Source: Craspedostauros australis (taxonomy: Eukaryota). Taken from it: a stretch of DNA of 29,245 bases. The stretch lies in the NCBI GenBank assembly GCA_030167865.1, contig JALAGF010002089.1, positions 62,001-91,245 on the forward strand, in the 5' to 3' direction. The position numbers were made by a program, and so were the translations under genes. Numbering within the stretch: position 1 is the stretch's first letter; every line of letters starts with the position of its first letter. Below the pieces are notes generated by a model that had not been told where the DNA came from, did no database searches, and worked only from the letters and a program-made list of their open reading frames with translations. Below are positions 11,201 to 21,980 of the stretch, in pieces.

Positions 11201-12812
11201 CATGTACGCGCGTCACATGGATGCATTTGAGATTCCAGAAATCCTGAGCCGGCCTTTGGAGGATGTGGTTCTGGCGATGAAGTCGTTGCGCATCTCGGAC
11301 GTCTCGGCCTTTCCATTTCCCACGCCGCCTGATCCCAGCCAATTGCGCGATGCCATACGGTTGTTGTCGCGCATCGGGTGCGTTGATACGTCGAACGTGG
11401 ATGAGGATGGCGGCGATGGCATTGTAACGAAGCTCGGTGCTGCGGTGGCCAAGCTACCGTTGGGTGTGCGATGTGGCAAGATCCTCCTGGTGGCTGCCAA
11501 CGCAGGAGTGCTGGATTACGCAGTCGCCATGGTGGCCGTTCTGACCGAATCCAACATTTTCCAAGTCCCCGGCTCTCAGAAGATCAAGGAGAACGATGTT
11601 GATGTTGATGGTGGCAATGATAATGCCAACAGTAGTGACGACGACGCGTCGTTGGATGAGCACGACGCTGCTCAAGTCGAGAAGATGGCATCGAGGAAGA
11701 AAAAGACCAGGCGATGGCACCATCCCAAGGGCGACGTGCTGGCTGCCACCTTGGCGGTCGGCGCTTGCGCGTATGCCGGACGCGGCGCTGGCGGTGCATC
11801 GGAACATGCGGCGATCCAACGCTTCTGCGAAGACAACAGCCTGGACTTCGTCGCCATGACCCGCGTCCTCAAGATGCGCAACCATCTGGCCCGCATCGCC
11901 AAGACGCGGTTGAACTGGGCCGATGGGACGGTGGCACGCACGGGAACGGTCCTAAGCAAGATGAAACCACCGGGCAAGGTGGAAGAGTTGCTGCTGGCTC
12001 AGGCCATCGCATCCGGATCGCTGGATCATGTGGCCATCCGCGCACCACCCGGTTCCATCCCGGGCGATCATCCATATAGTCTGCGCACGGCGTACATCAG
12101 CTGCACGGGATCGGCGCAGGAACCGCTGTTCCTGGACCGCAACAGCGTGCTGTATGCACGCGATAGCCGCGTGCTGCCGCAATGGATCTGCTACAGCGAT
12201 CTGGTGCGCAAGACGCTGAAGGACGGCGCCTCCGTGTCGGTGATGAAGAGCGTGACGCCGGTGGAACCATCGTGGATCGCGGCATTGTCGCAAGGCAGCT
12301 CCCTGCTGCAGGTGGGCAAGCCGCTGTCGTCGCCACCGCCCATCTACGATGCTGCGCAGGACGCCGTGACGTGCGCCGTGCAATCCAAGTTCGGGATTCA
12401 TGGTTGGGAGCTGCCGCCGTTGCGCAAGGAGATGTACACTGTGGTGCAAGCCAACCTGGGATCACCGATGGAATTCGTGATCGACGATTCGTTCCGGTGG
12501 TTCGCACGGTACCTGCTGGAGGGCAAGGTGCTGGCAGAGCTGAAGGGATTCCGCGCGTACATGAACGGGGATCCCGGCATGATCACGCGCAAGACGCCGA
12601 TCTCGAAGGTGAGCCTGCTCGTATCGTCGCTGTCGTCGGCCGGTGTGGACAGCGCCGCCGCGTTGCGCAAGCATTGGGCGGAGGTGGACGACAAGCTGCT
12701 GCTGCGCGAATTGAAGGGATGGATCCTGTCCGATGAGAAGGAGGCCGCGAAATCGTGCTGGCGTGCCGCCGTGAAGGCAAATGTGCAGAAATGGAAGCGC
12801 GAGCGGCGGTGA
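8285..12812 (+). CDS. DHX37: DEAH/RHA-family ATP-dependent RNA helicase, DHX37/Dhr1(Ecm16)-like, 40S biogenesis (about 1410 aa, 2 exons)
   Basis: Exon 1 is 8285-10241, intron 10242-10536, exon 2 is 10537-12812. Motifs GETGSGKST, ITQPRRVAA, MTDGVL, DEIH, MSAT, VFLTG, TNICETSITI, QRAGRAGRTGPGHCYRLYS. The K-rich/acidic N-terminus, EIKRP...RYDLPV, KICKIHRKLP, acidic RecA2 insertion, FPFPTPP and FARYLLEG fit the Dhr1 subfamily. Confidence 0.92.
10242..10536 (+). other. Spliceosomal intron of the helicase gene (295 bp)
   Basis: G|GTAAGC donor and TTGCAG|AA acceptor; the phase-1 join gives TELDDY-E-TAAYKKICKIH and links the two ORFs. Confidence 0.92.
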
Positions 12813-14488
12813 TGCGATGCGGTACTCTCAGGTGTTGTGATGGATCTTGCATCGCTAGATGAGGAGATCGATAGATGAGGAAGACCAAGGCACTGTTCTT
12901 GTGGAAGCAACATTATCAACAAACGAGGGGAGAAAATTGAATGAAGCGCCGTTCGAGCGGATTGCTCTGGCATACTCAACCAATAGAACGTGCCATGGCA
13001 ATACGCATGCGAACACAGTAACTCGTGGCATATCTTGACGGCGCTCCATCTGCAGCTACATGTGCGTTCGTATTGACATCAGTCTGTATGAATCCTGATC
13101 CCACATCTCATGGTGCCGGTTCGGGTAGATGCTTGCTAAGTTGCTTCACGTCGATGTCGCCCGTGACGGAAGAAGATTCCTGACGGTGATACTATCAAAC
13201 CCACCACGACCGACTTTGCCACACGGAGGCTCTGTTCCGTTTGCGGCGTTCGGAAGCTGCGAAACGATCATCGGCAGTTCGTCATTGCACAGTGCGTTGT
13301 GGCGGTATCTTTGTGTGTTGCGAAGAATCTTTGGATCGTGGCGCGGTTTGAAACACGAACCAAGATCGGAGTTTTCAACCGCTGTGGGTGTGACACGAGT
13401 TGCTTCACAATTATGAATATCATTCGGGCATGAATATTTATGTATATGAGAAAGTGCGATTCCCCCCATTCAGCGATGATTGACTCAACGATGAGACGGT
13501 TATCACGGTCTTAAGTGAAATGTGGCGGTCATGTGTGTCACATTCGTGCATTTTTGCCAATTTGGGGGAAACAACAGACACCACCACCAAAACAGGCCAT
13601 CACCGCGTGATGCTTGGTTGACTGGACACGAGGTCAAATGAGGCGAAGCAAGCCGCACAACGTGGAGTCGACCAACGCCACACAACTCAAATCAAACGGA
13701 GAAATCTGGCATAGCATTGTCTTGGAAGTGCGAAGAAAGCGACATCACCAAATCCTGAGGCTGTGCTCTGCTCAACTTACATGGCAACCTCATCAAGACA
13801 ACCTGACCCACCAACAAACACACCTGCCACATCGATTCACGACGACGACGACGACAGCATTGGCAGTGGGTGCAAGACAGCACGAGGGCTCTCAGCAACA
13901 GCAGTGCCTTCGCATATCTGATCGGTGGTTCGGCATTCTCTCATTTTGCAACACCCCATCCTCCACATCATCATCTCAGCTGAATACGAGCTATACACAT
14001 CCTCCTCCGGCTTCACTCCTCCCAATACTCCCGCTGCACGAGTCAAGAGTCAAGAGCAATAGCGACCTCTGGGGAATCTGCCGGCATCTCGTCTTGTGAA
14101 GAACGCATCAAGCAACAGATCGGCGTTGTCAAGACCATCAATCTTGGATGCGATCAACACAAGCAATCATCATTCATTCATCCATTCATTCATCGACCCA
14201 TCCATCCATCCATTCATCAACAGCTGTCAAGACCGATACCACCTGATCTGAACAGGGGAGAGTAGATTTGATACTCATTGAGCACCCGTAGATCACATCC
14301 TCCACATCACAAGAGCTGAAACATCATCCGATCGACGACTCTGATTCGCAGCATTCGGAATCAGCGCACTGGTTGGCAGGCAATTACCAGCATATACCTA
14401 CCTATCGTGCCAAACTCGTCCTCTTTCCAACAGAGCACAAATACCCACCAGCACACATTCCGCTTCACAACTCTACGACATATTCAAG

Positions 14489-17152
14489 ATGCCACCTTCC
14501 AATAGATCGACAAGACCGCTGCGGCTGCCGCAGCAATCATCACCTTTTTCGGCAATGCGATGCACGATGTTCATGATTATGGCGATCCTGATGTTCGGAA
14601 GCAAATCTCAAATGATGGCGACTGCGCAATCGATGGAACCTTCACCGGCGGCCACATTTTTATCGACTTCCGATCCAACCGATGCGACTGCATCACCGAC
14701 ATCCAATCCAACCGAAGCAACTGCGTCGCCGACGTCTAATCCCACCGAAGCGACTTCATCACCGACTTCCAATCCAACCGAAGCGACCGCGTCGCCGACG
14801 TCCAATCCGACGTCAGCCCCGACGCTGAAGCCATCCGAAATGGCATCGTCGATGCCAACACCCGCAGAAACACTGCCGCCGACGAGTATGCCAACCTCTA
14901 AGCCTACAGATATGCCGACATCTCAACCTACAGATATGCCGACGTCTCAACCTACAGATATGCCAACATCCCAACCTACGGATATGCCGACGGATATGCC
15001 AACAGTGCCAGCCGCCACAGCAACGCCCACGGCAGCAGGTTCCGAAGCGCCGACCGCTATCCCTGTCATTGCTTCCGCCGACCCATCAGTTGAGCCGACC
15101 CAGGAACCTGTCACGGCCAGTCCGTCAACTTTGCCGTCGCAGATGCCTTCTGCGAATGCTCAAACGGCAATGCCGACCCCCGTCGCAGGTAAATATCCAA
15201 CAATTGAATTCTGAAACACATGCCGATGAAAATGCTCGCGTTTGTTCTCTGTGGTGCTAATTGCGTTCTTTTTTTTGTGAGATGGAATGTTCCTGCACAA
15301 TTCGTTCATTCATTCGTATGCCAATGACACCATTCATTCCAACATCTGTATTGCGTCGCGTCATCTCACATCATTATTTCGCCTCACCACCTGCATGGAC
15401 ACGTCATTTTTTTGTCATTTGTGGAACCATGAAGTCTCGGGAAAGCCATCTCATGCTCCAACGTCGAGTACCTCACCAAGCATCATGCCAAGTGCGATGC
15501 CATCCGAGCTTGTGCCAACTTCCGCGGTGCCATCAGCAATGCCAAGCCATTCTCCCTCCACGACGCCATCCTCTCCACCAACTCCCGCCGACAGTCTCTT
15601 GCCCAGCCAGGCTCCCGTCGATCAACAGACCAAACCACCGACCTCCATGCCAACGTCTACACCCACCATCTCACCAACTTCGGCTCCGACAACTCCTTTT
15701 GAAACGGCCTCTGCGCAGGGCTTGCAGATGACCTTGAGCGGAGTCTCCTCGCAAAACCTTGGCGATGCATCCAACGCGGCTTTGGCGGCCACCATTAAGT
15801 CGCACGTCGAATCATTCTTCGCCGCCAACGATGTGTACAACGTCCTCGACCTCACATCCACCGTCACCATCGCCACGCGCCGACGATTCTTGCGCTCCTC
15901 ACCGGCCGACGCTGCACGCGCGTTGCAGGATGATGCGAATCTTCAGGTCGTCGTCTACGATCAAACCTTCGAGTACCGCGTCGCAAATGGCATCGATCCC
16001 AACAACGTCACACCGAAGACGCTTGCTACGCAACCATTCGCGCTGGCTGCCAGCCGCGATCAGTTCCGTGATGCCCTCATCGCCACGGATGACGATGCTC
16101 TCAAGGAGGTCACTACCGTCACCGACGTCATCTTCCCAACCGTCGATCCGCCCACCACCGCACCAACCGCGGCACCCACAGCTCTGCCGACATCGTTGCC
16201 GACAACGAACTCCGGTGGCGGTGGCGACAGCGGACTCGGCACCGGTGCCCTCGTTGGTATCATCGTCGGCGGCGTCGTGGCGCTCATCATCATCTGCGTC
16301 CTCGCCTACCTCCTCTGCGGCAAGAGTGACGACAGCGATGATGAAGATGGCGAAGCCCTCATCGGAGGTGGCCGCGAACCGCCGCCTGCCGAACTCAAGG
16401 TCAAAAACAAGGAAGACGAAGTGTCGGCCCTTGACGGAAACGCAGGTGCCACGACCGCCAATCCAAACTCCATCGATTCCATCGCCGGGTACGGCGATCA
16501 GAGGTGAGTGTATTGTATCGTATTGTATCATTATGTATTGTTCATTGCATTGTATTGTTGGATATTTGACGATGATGGTCTTCCTCACACTTCCATTCGA
16601 CTTCACGTTCCAACACCCAATGGTTTGTAACAACTCCATGATTTATGACTGCATTCTTCTTTCCGCAGCGTTGCCACTGTGGATTACGACTACTCCAAGG
16701 CGTACGGAGGCGGCGGTGATACCTCCGTTTCCAGCGCTGGCGGCACCTTCGGATCCAACACGCAAGGCTTGTCCACGTTGGAAGCCGCCAATGCAGCAGC
16801 CACAGGCGGAGCAGTCCTGGGCGACGGCCCCAGCTTCTCGGATACCGATTCCTTCGAGGCCCACTACCGCAGTACGAATGCCAACATCAAGGAGGAATTC
16901 ATAGACATTTACGCACCGGCTGGTAAGCTGGGTGTCGTGATTGACACACCCGACGACGGCGCCCCGGTGGTGCACGCCGTGAAGGATTCGTCCGTGATCG
17001 GTGACAAGATCCGCGTGGGCGACAAGCTGGTGGCCGTCGACGAGGAGGATGTTCGGTCGATGACGGCCATCAAGGTGTCCAAGCTGATCAGCCGCAAGAG
17101 CGCGAATCCCTCCAGGAAACTCAGTCTCATCCGTACCATTGTCGTCGAGTAA
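14489..17152 (+). CDS. Type I membrane protein: P/T/S mucin-like repeats, SEA-like domain, TM helix and C-terminal PDZ domain (about 750 aa, 3 exons)
   Basis: Exons 14489-15188 (alternative ATG 14555), 15435-16503 and 16669-17152. Hydrophobic leader MFMIMAILMFG; PTxxPT repeats; globular segment about 15700-16130; TM GALVGIIVGGVVALIIICVLAYLLC (16244-16318); PDZ signature APAGKLGVVI...VVHAVKDSS...IRVGDKLVAVD. Confidence 0.87.
14666..14812 (+). repeat. 33-bp coding tandem repeat (TSNPTEATASP), about 4.5 copies
   Basis: Seen directly; amino-acid units nearly identical, with synonymous differences between copies. Confidence 0.93.
14888..15004 (+). repeat. 24-bp coding tandem repeat (MPTSQPTD), 4 copies plus truncated units
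   Basis: Seen directly; copies are near-identical at DNA level (caacctacagatatgccgac). Confidence 0.93.
15189..15434 (+). other. Intron 1 of the mucin/PDZ gene (about 246 bp; acceptor uncertain)
   Basis: CAG|GTAAAT donor, T-rich body, and a phase-compatible AAG acceptor at 15434 after a T tract. A downstream CAG near 15537 is also phase-compatible. Confidence 0.65.
16504..16668 (+). other. Intron 2 of the mucin/PDZ gene (165 bp)
   Basis: GAG|GTGAGT donor and TTCTTCTTTCCGCAG acceptor; the phase-2 join gives GYGDQ-S-VATVDYDY. Confidence 0.92.
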
Positions 17153-17562
17153 ACCTGCGCATGCTCGATGTATTAGTCTGTGCCTTGAATGTAAAGAAAC
17201 AATCCTGAAACAATGGAATACAATGATCATAACAAGTATTATAATAACATCATGAGTACCGTAACATGCATGTTGTCAGCGTGAGCATAAGTGATAGTTC
17301 CTGTTCTTGACAATGGACGTGTGCAGCACAAGGATTTGGACATGGAAGCACGAGTTCAGTTGGCATGGGGCTGGCTAGCTGGACATGTGGGAGTGACTCC
17401 ATCAGGGCATCATGGAGAAGGGAGCGCAAACGGTAGGTAACATGATATGGCATTGTACTAGAGTATTACAGATCCTTCCTTCATTCCTTTCTTTCCTATT
17501 GCTTCAGCTGATGCAGAGTATGTATATTCACAAAACGTAACGTCGTTCCATCGATCCATCCA

Positions 17563-18204
17563 TCACAAACCCAAGGCGCTGTCGGAACTGCCGGATGAGG
17601 GGATGTCGGGATACAGGGATTCCATCCAATCCACATCCGTCTCATTGTTGTTCGTGTTGGTATGGTCGACGGCAAAGTTGGTGGTCGTGATGAGGGGTGT
17701 GAAATCAAAGGCGCTGGCCGTACCCCGCATTGGGTTGTCCAATGCTTCGAATCCTGTGAGGAGCTGTTGCTGCTGTTGCGATTGTTGTTGTTGGTGCTGC
17801 TGCTGCTGCTGCGAATGTGTGGAATGGAGATGATCGGAAGCAGAAGACGAGGTCGATACGGTGGAGATGGACGACGATGACTTGCCACCTGCGTTGTTGT
17901 GCAGATTCATCCGGCTCGTGGAGTTCGGGAAGGATGAACGATGGTTGAGCATGGCCTGCATCTTCTGCTGCGCGCTGGATCGGATCTTCATAAATCGACC
18001 CTGTCTCTTCCGCTGAGATGATGTTGACAACGACACGAAGCTGTCTCCTCCAAACGAGGCATCGCTCGAGCCCGTCCTTGTCCTGTGCCTGGCCGGGATG
18101 ATGTTCTCATTGGCCGCGGAGGGGAATGACCCGAGGGGGTTTTGGGCACCGGAGGACGGGAAGGAGCCCTTGCTGGTGTTGCGTCTCGTGAACATGGTCG
18201 GCAT
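17563..18204 (-). CDS. Hypothetical S/Q-rich low-complexity protein with polyQ tract (213 aa)
   Basis: ATG 18204 (or 18195) in ACC-ATG context after a CAA-rich leader; GC3-rich codons; convergent with the PDZ gene; no recognisable domain. Confidence 0.6.
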   Translation of the reverse strand: MPTMFTRRNTSKGSFPSSGAQNPLGSFPSAANENIIPARHRTRTGSSDASFGGDSFVSLSTSSQRKRQGRFMKIRSSAQQKMQAMLNHRSSFPNSTSRMNLHNNAGGKSSSSISTVSTSSSASDHLHSTHSQQQQQHQQQQSQQQQQLLTGFEALDNPMRGTASAFDFTPLITTTNFAVDHTNTNNNETDVDWMESLYPDIPSSGSSDSALGL

Positions 18205-19799
18205 GGTTGCTGATTCTTGTGTTGCCGTTGTTGCTTGCCGTTGTTGCTGATTATGCTTCTGTTGGATAGAGGTTCGCGTTGAGTCTATTCTCTTGTCACG
18301 CTTCAGCTGTTGTTCCGCGTATCTGCGGAGTTTCAATGTGAATGGAAAGCAAAGAAATGAGGCGCTCTGTTTGGTTTGAGGCCGAGAGAGTGCTCGAAGT
18401 CAAGGGTGCGCGCTGTGTGATTATTGCGGTGAACGGCACAACTGCACTGAACAGAAAGGGATCGTTGTTGAACTGGATGGACTTCTAACACCGCCGTGGT
18501 TGTGAGGGTGATAGTGAGGCGCTCTGTATGGTGAATGAACAAGCGAGATCTTCTCCACAATTTTTCGTCGAGAAATTATGAGACTGGATTGTTGGTTTTT
18601 CTGCTTCTGCTGTTGTTGAAGTGTTGTTGAAGTGTTGTTGCTGTTGCTGTTGTCGTTGTCGATGTTTCTGTTGTTATTGACGACGTTGCTGTTGCTGAAC
18701 ACACGATTTGAACAGCAGAATGGACTGGAGGAAGTCAGGGTGAAGCGCAGTCATGCGATGTGATGCCATACCAGTGTGCACAGATCGTATAATGGGAAAG
18801 CGAATTCAAAGAAGGTTGGTCAGTCATATCGATGAATTTGAAAGCAGCGGAATTGAAACATCTTTTCTTCCTTGTCCTTTGTCCTCTATCAGGTCGCCGT
18901 TTCTGTCACCTCTCTCTGTTCTGCATCCTTGGCGGCTTTGTGGCTTCAGGTCATCGTCACGTGCAATTGAAGAGGCCGAAGGACACCAATGATACCGTCT
19001 CAATCACAAGAGAACACGGTCGTCATTGTCCCATCTCTCGCATGGTGTGCCGCACGGATGCATTGGCTCTTCGTGTCCCGTGTCCCCATGGCCTCTCGTC
19101 GACGAAGCTTTGTGCACCTCTCTGCTCGCAGCTTCCCGTGATCGACCTCCCCCAAGACAACACACCATCACCAAATTTTCGTCTCTAAGTGAGTTCCATC
19201 GTTGCGACACGTTGGTGGATTGGAATTTTTAAAGCCGCGAGGTTCACGACAAGCCATGCCGTTGTGGGATCCTCCACGCAACCGACCACCAAAGCCACAG
19301 GATTTGTTTGCTGTTTGGCTTGGCTTGCACGGCTGCGCGGCATGTTCCTCTCGCAACACCGGGGCATGCCACGTGCGGCGGATGAAGTGAAACGGTGCTG
19401 TATCCTATGCAGCGCAGCACCATGGTGACGCTGCTGCAGCTGGATACGACCGTTACTCCATCGCCGCAGGCGTCATGTCGCTCGACGAATTTGTCGAGTG
19501 TCGGTGTTCATGGCCGTTGCTGTCGTGCTCACATGCCAAACACAATCCATCGCAGAGCCAACACAAACTCCTTCCCTCTTGTACTCACTTCTTGCTTGTT
19601 TGCTTCCTTGTTGCCGTTGGTCGATGACGAAGAGAATAGTCAATCCTGTTCTGCTCTGTCGGATGATGCGTCGGTATCGCTGAGCCTTTGCTGTTGTTGT
19701 ATCACTCTGCACTCCGTATCCAAGGAAGTTTCTTGGTCGGTTGTGGTTGTCGTGTGTGTGTTGCTACCTTTTCTTGTTCTGTTGTGTCAATCCCTTCAG

Positions 19800-19802
19800 T
19801 GC

Positions 19803-19840
<38 letters not shown>

Positions 19841-19846
19841 CTGTTG
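19800..19846. repeat. Imperfect (CTG/TTG)n trinucleotide microsatellite
   Basis: Seen directly; not inside any credible CDS. Confidence 0.9.
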
Positions 19847-20624
19847 TCTTTTGACTGGTGTGCTTCGGATGACGGTGTCGCAGCCATCGGCATGGAGGTG
19901 CCGACCATCGATCACCATTGCAAAACCCGTTCACGTGCATGCCGCACCACTGTTCATCCACCATTTTCATCATCGTGGCGAGCTGCGCCAAGTTCCGCGG
20001 TTGGGATTGGAGTTGCCACCCAAATTGTTAGCCAATGCATCCCCATCTGACACAATGAATGTCATCGCAAATGTATACGAACATACACCCCAGCGTCCCC
20101 AACGACATACCTCCACCATGTGCAACGGCGCTTTTTCGAAAAACTCTCCGCGCCTTTCGCCAAACAGGAGCAATCTTGCAACGGAATGAACGACTCCGAC
20201 CATTTTCGGTTATAATGACGTTAACATGAATATGTTTGAAGCGGGGATATTGATTCGTCCGACTGGATGGACGCCTTCGCAAAAAATGAGAACTGCCTCC
20301 GAACAGGCCATCAAGGCCAAACTCCTCGTCGTGTTTGTGTCTGAGACTTTCTTGGCCGTTGTCACGCCAGCCAGGAGAGGCCCCCAGGTGCCGGAGGAGA
20401 TGGGTTTGGATTGCATCCTCCATCTTTCAATGACTACATGTGCTACTCGTACTCGTATGGTGCGCGTATGCAGGCCTAACAATCGCAGACTTGGGATACG
20501 TGTTGGGATAGCACATTCAATTGCGTTACGTATGCACCATAGTATATTTGACATTCTGCATTGGATCTCGCACTCTTGTCAAGTGCACATTCTTCCAAAT
20601 GTAATATGATGCAGCCGCACCACT

Positions 20625-21290
20625 TCACAGGAACTGCTGATTTCCAAATTCTCCCTCCACCTTGTGATCCTTCTTCATGCCTCTGGCCTCGTACACAGCC
20701 TCCACGACCAGCCGCTTCGCGCGCGTCCCCTTCCCCTTCAAACCAATGTATGTAATGATGGTGGCCACGTCCTCGTCGTCATCGCCGCCGCCATGATTGT
20801 CGGCCACAAAGATCGTCAGACTCGAAATGCTCTGAAATCGCCCCGCCGGCCGCAACGGATAGTCGATGGTGCCATCCACGAAGTGATGCGGCGGCATCAA
20901 CTCCAACTCCATCTGCGGCGCCAGCTCGCGCACCGTCTCGAAGTCCAGATCATCGCGATTCGCAAACAGCTTGATGTTCCGAGGCGGCGCGACGGGGAAG
21001 TCGCGGTCGTTACCGGCATCGACGGAACGCACGCTGATGGTATAGACCGTGACGGCCTCCGTGAAGGGAATGTGCAGCAGCAGTTCCGGATCGTCTTCTT
21101 GGCTTATCAGGGCAGGTTCCACGCTCAATCGATCTTCGTGCAGCTTGAGAACGGCCTTGCCGCGTCCGACAATCTCTTCGTTGAGGCACGTGACGCCGTC
21201 GAAGTCAATCTGCGGGCGCAGGCTGAGTCCCAGATCATCGCCGTGATCATGATGGTCATGAGAATGGCCGTGACACTCTGGTGGATCCAT
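20625..21290 (-). CDS. PITHD1: PITH-domain protein (PITHD1-like), 221 aa
   Basis: ATG 21290; His-rich N-terminus; SLRPQIDFDGVTCLNE, SQEDDPELLLHIPFTEAV, PRNIKLFANRDDLDF, YPLRPAGRFQSISSLTIF, ITYIGLKG and VEAVYEAR match the PITH domain; no thioredoxin domain. Confidence 0.9.
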   Translation of the reverse strand: MDPPECHGHSHDHHDHGDDLGLSLRPQIDFDGVTCLNEEIVGRGKAVLKLHEDRLSVEPALISQEDDPELLLHIPFTEAVTVYTISVRSVDAGNDRDFPVAPPRNIKLFANRDDLDFETVRELAPQMELELMPPHHFVDGTIDYPLRPAGRFQSISSLTIFVADNHGGGDDDEDVATIITYIGLKGKGTRAKRLVVEAVYEARGMKKDHKVEGEFGNQQFL

Positions 21291-21980
21291 GATAAGCGTG
21301 GTGCTGTTGGTGCGGATTGTTCGCGGTTGGTTGTTCCACTCTCGTTGCTGTTGTTGCTGTTGGTGTTGTTGTTGTTGTTCAAATGTGTCGGTTGGTTTGG
21401 GCTGGGCTGTATTGCATTTGTGAGGGTGGCCACGATCGTGGTCATGGGCAGTGCTATTGGAGGGGTTCGTCTGTGTTTGCTGGTGCTCTCCTCGCCATCG
21501 TTCGCTTCTCGACCCGCCCACACAACGACCACCACCATCGGCGCACTTCTCATCGATCTTTCGTTGTGGTTCCGAACTCGTGACTGCATCAACGTGATTC
21601 AAGAGTCGTGACACCCTGATTCACGAACATGTCTCGATGAGTCATCCAAGAAGATCGTCTCTTTTGGCATCAACAGATGTGACAAGATGTTGACAACACG
21701 CACGCCACAACACCAACTCCAATGCCAGCGACACCAGCACCAACAACACCACCGTCGGCATCTTTCTGTGTCATCCTTCCTTGATCATATCTTTCGCATC
21801 AGCAAAGAATTGTACTTCACTCTTACTTGGAAGCAGACACAATCAGCACCGAGGTATTCGTCCAGCATCGAAGCATTCCCAGGTTCCGAGCCACCCTAAG
21901 CTATTCTGTTCTACTCGATACGTACATACGTATTCACCACTGACCACTGACCACTCATCATTCATCATTCAACATTCATC

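Noticed and set aside
13146-13469. 107-aa minus-strand ORF between the helicase and mucin genes
   Set aside because: No domain, weak codon bias, no leader signature.
14666-15004. Regularly spaced repeats as a possible CRISPR array
   Set aside because: Head-to-tail in-frame coding repeats with no unique spacers; eukaryotic context and no cas genes.
19395-20189. 264-aa ORF with poly-Cys, a possible metal-binding protein
   Set aside because: Non-ATG start, and the poly-Cys is one reading of a CTG/TTG microsatellite; other frames give poly-L, -Q, -S/N or -A.
21291-21614. N-terminal extensions of the PITH ORF (also 6224-6319, 18205-18336 and 24573-24758)
   Set aside because: Stop-poor A/C-rich leaders, mostly from non-ATG starts; downstream ATGs match the expected N-termini.
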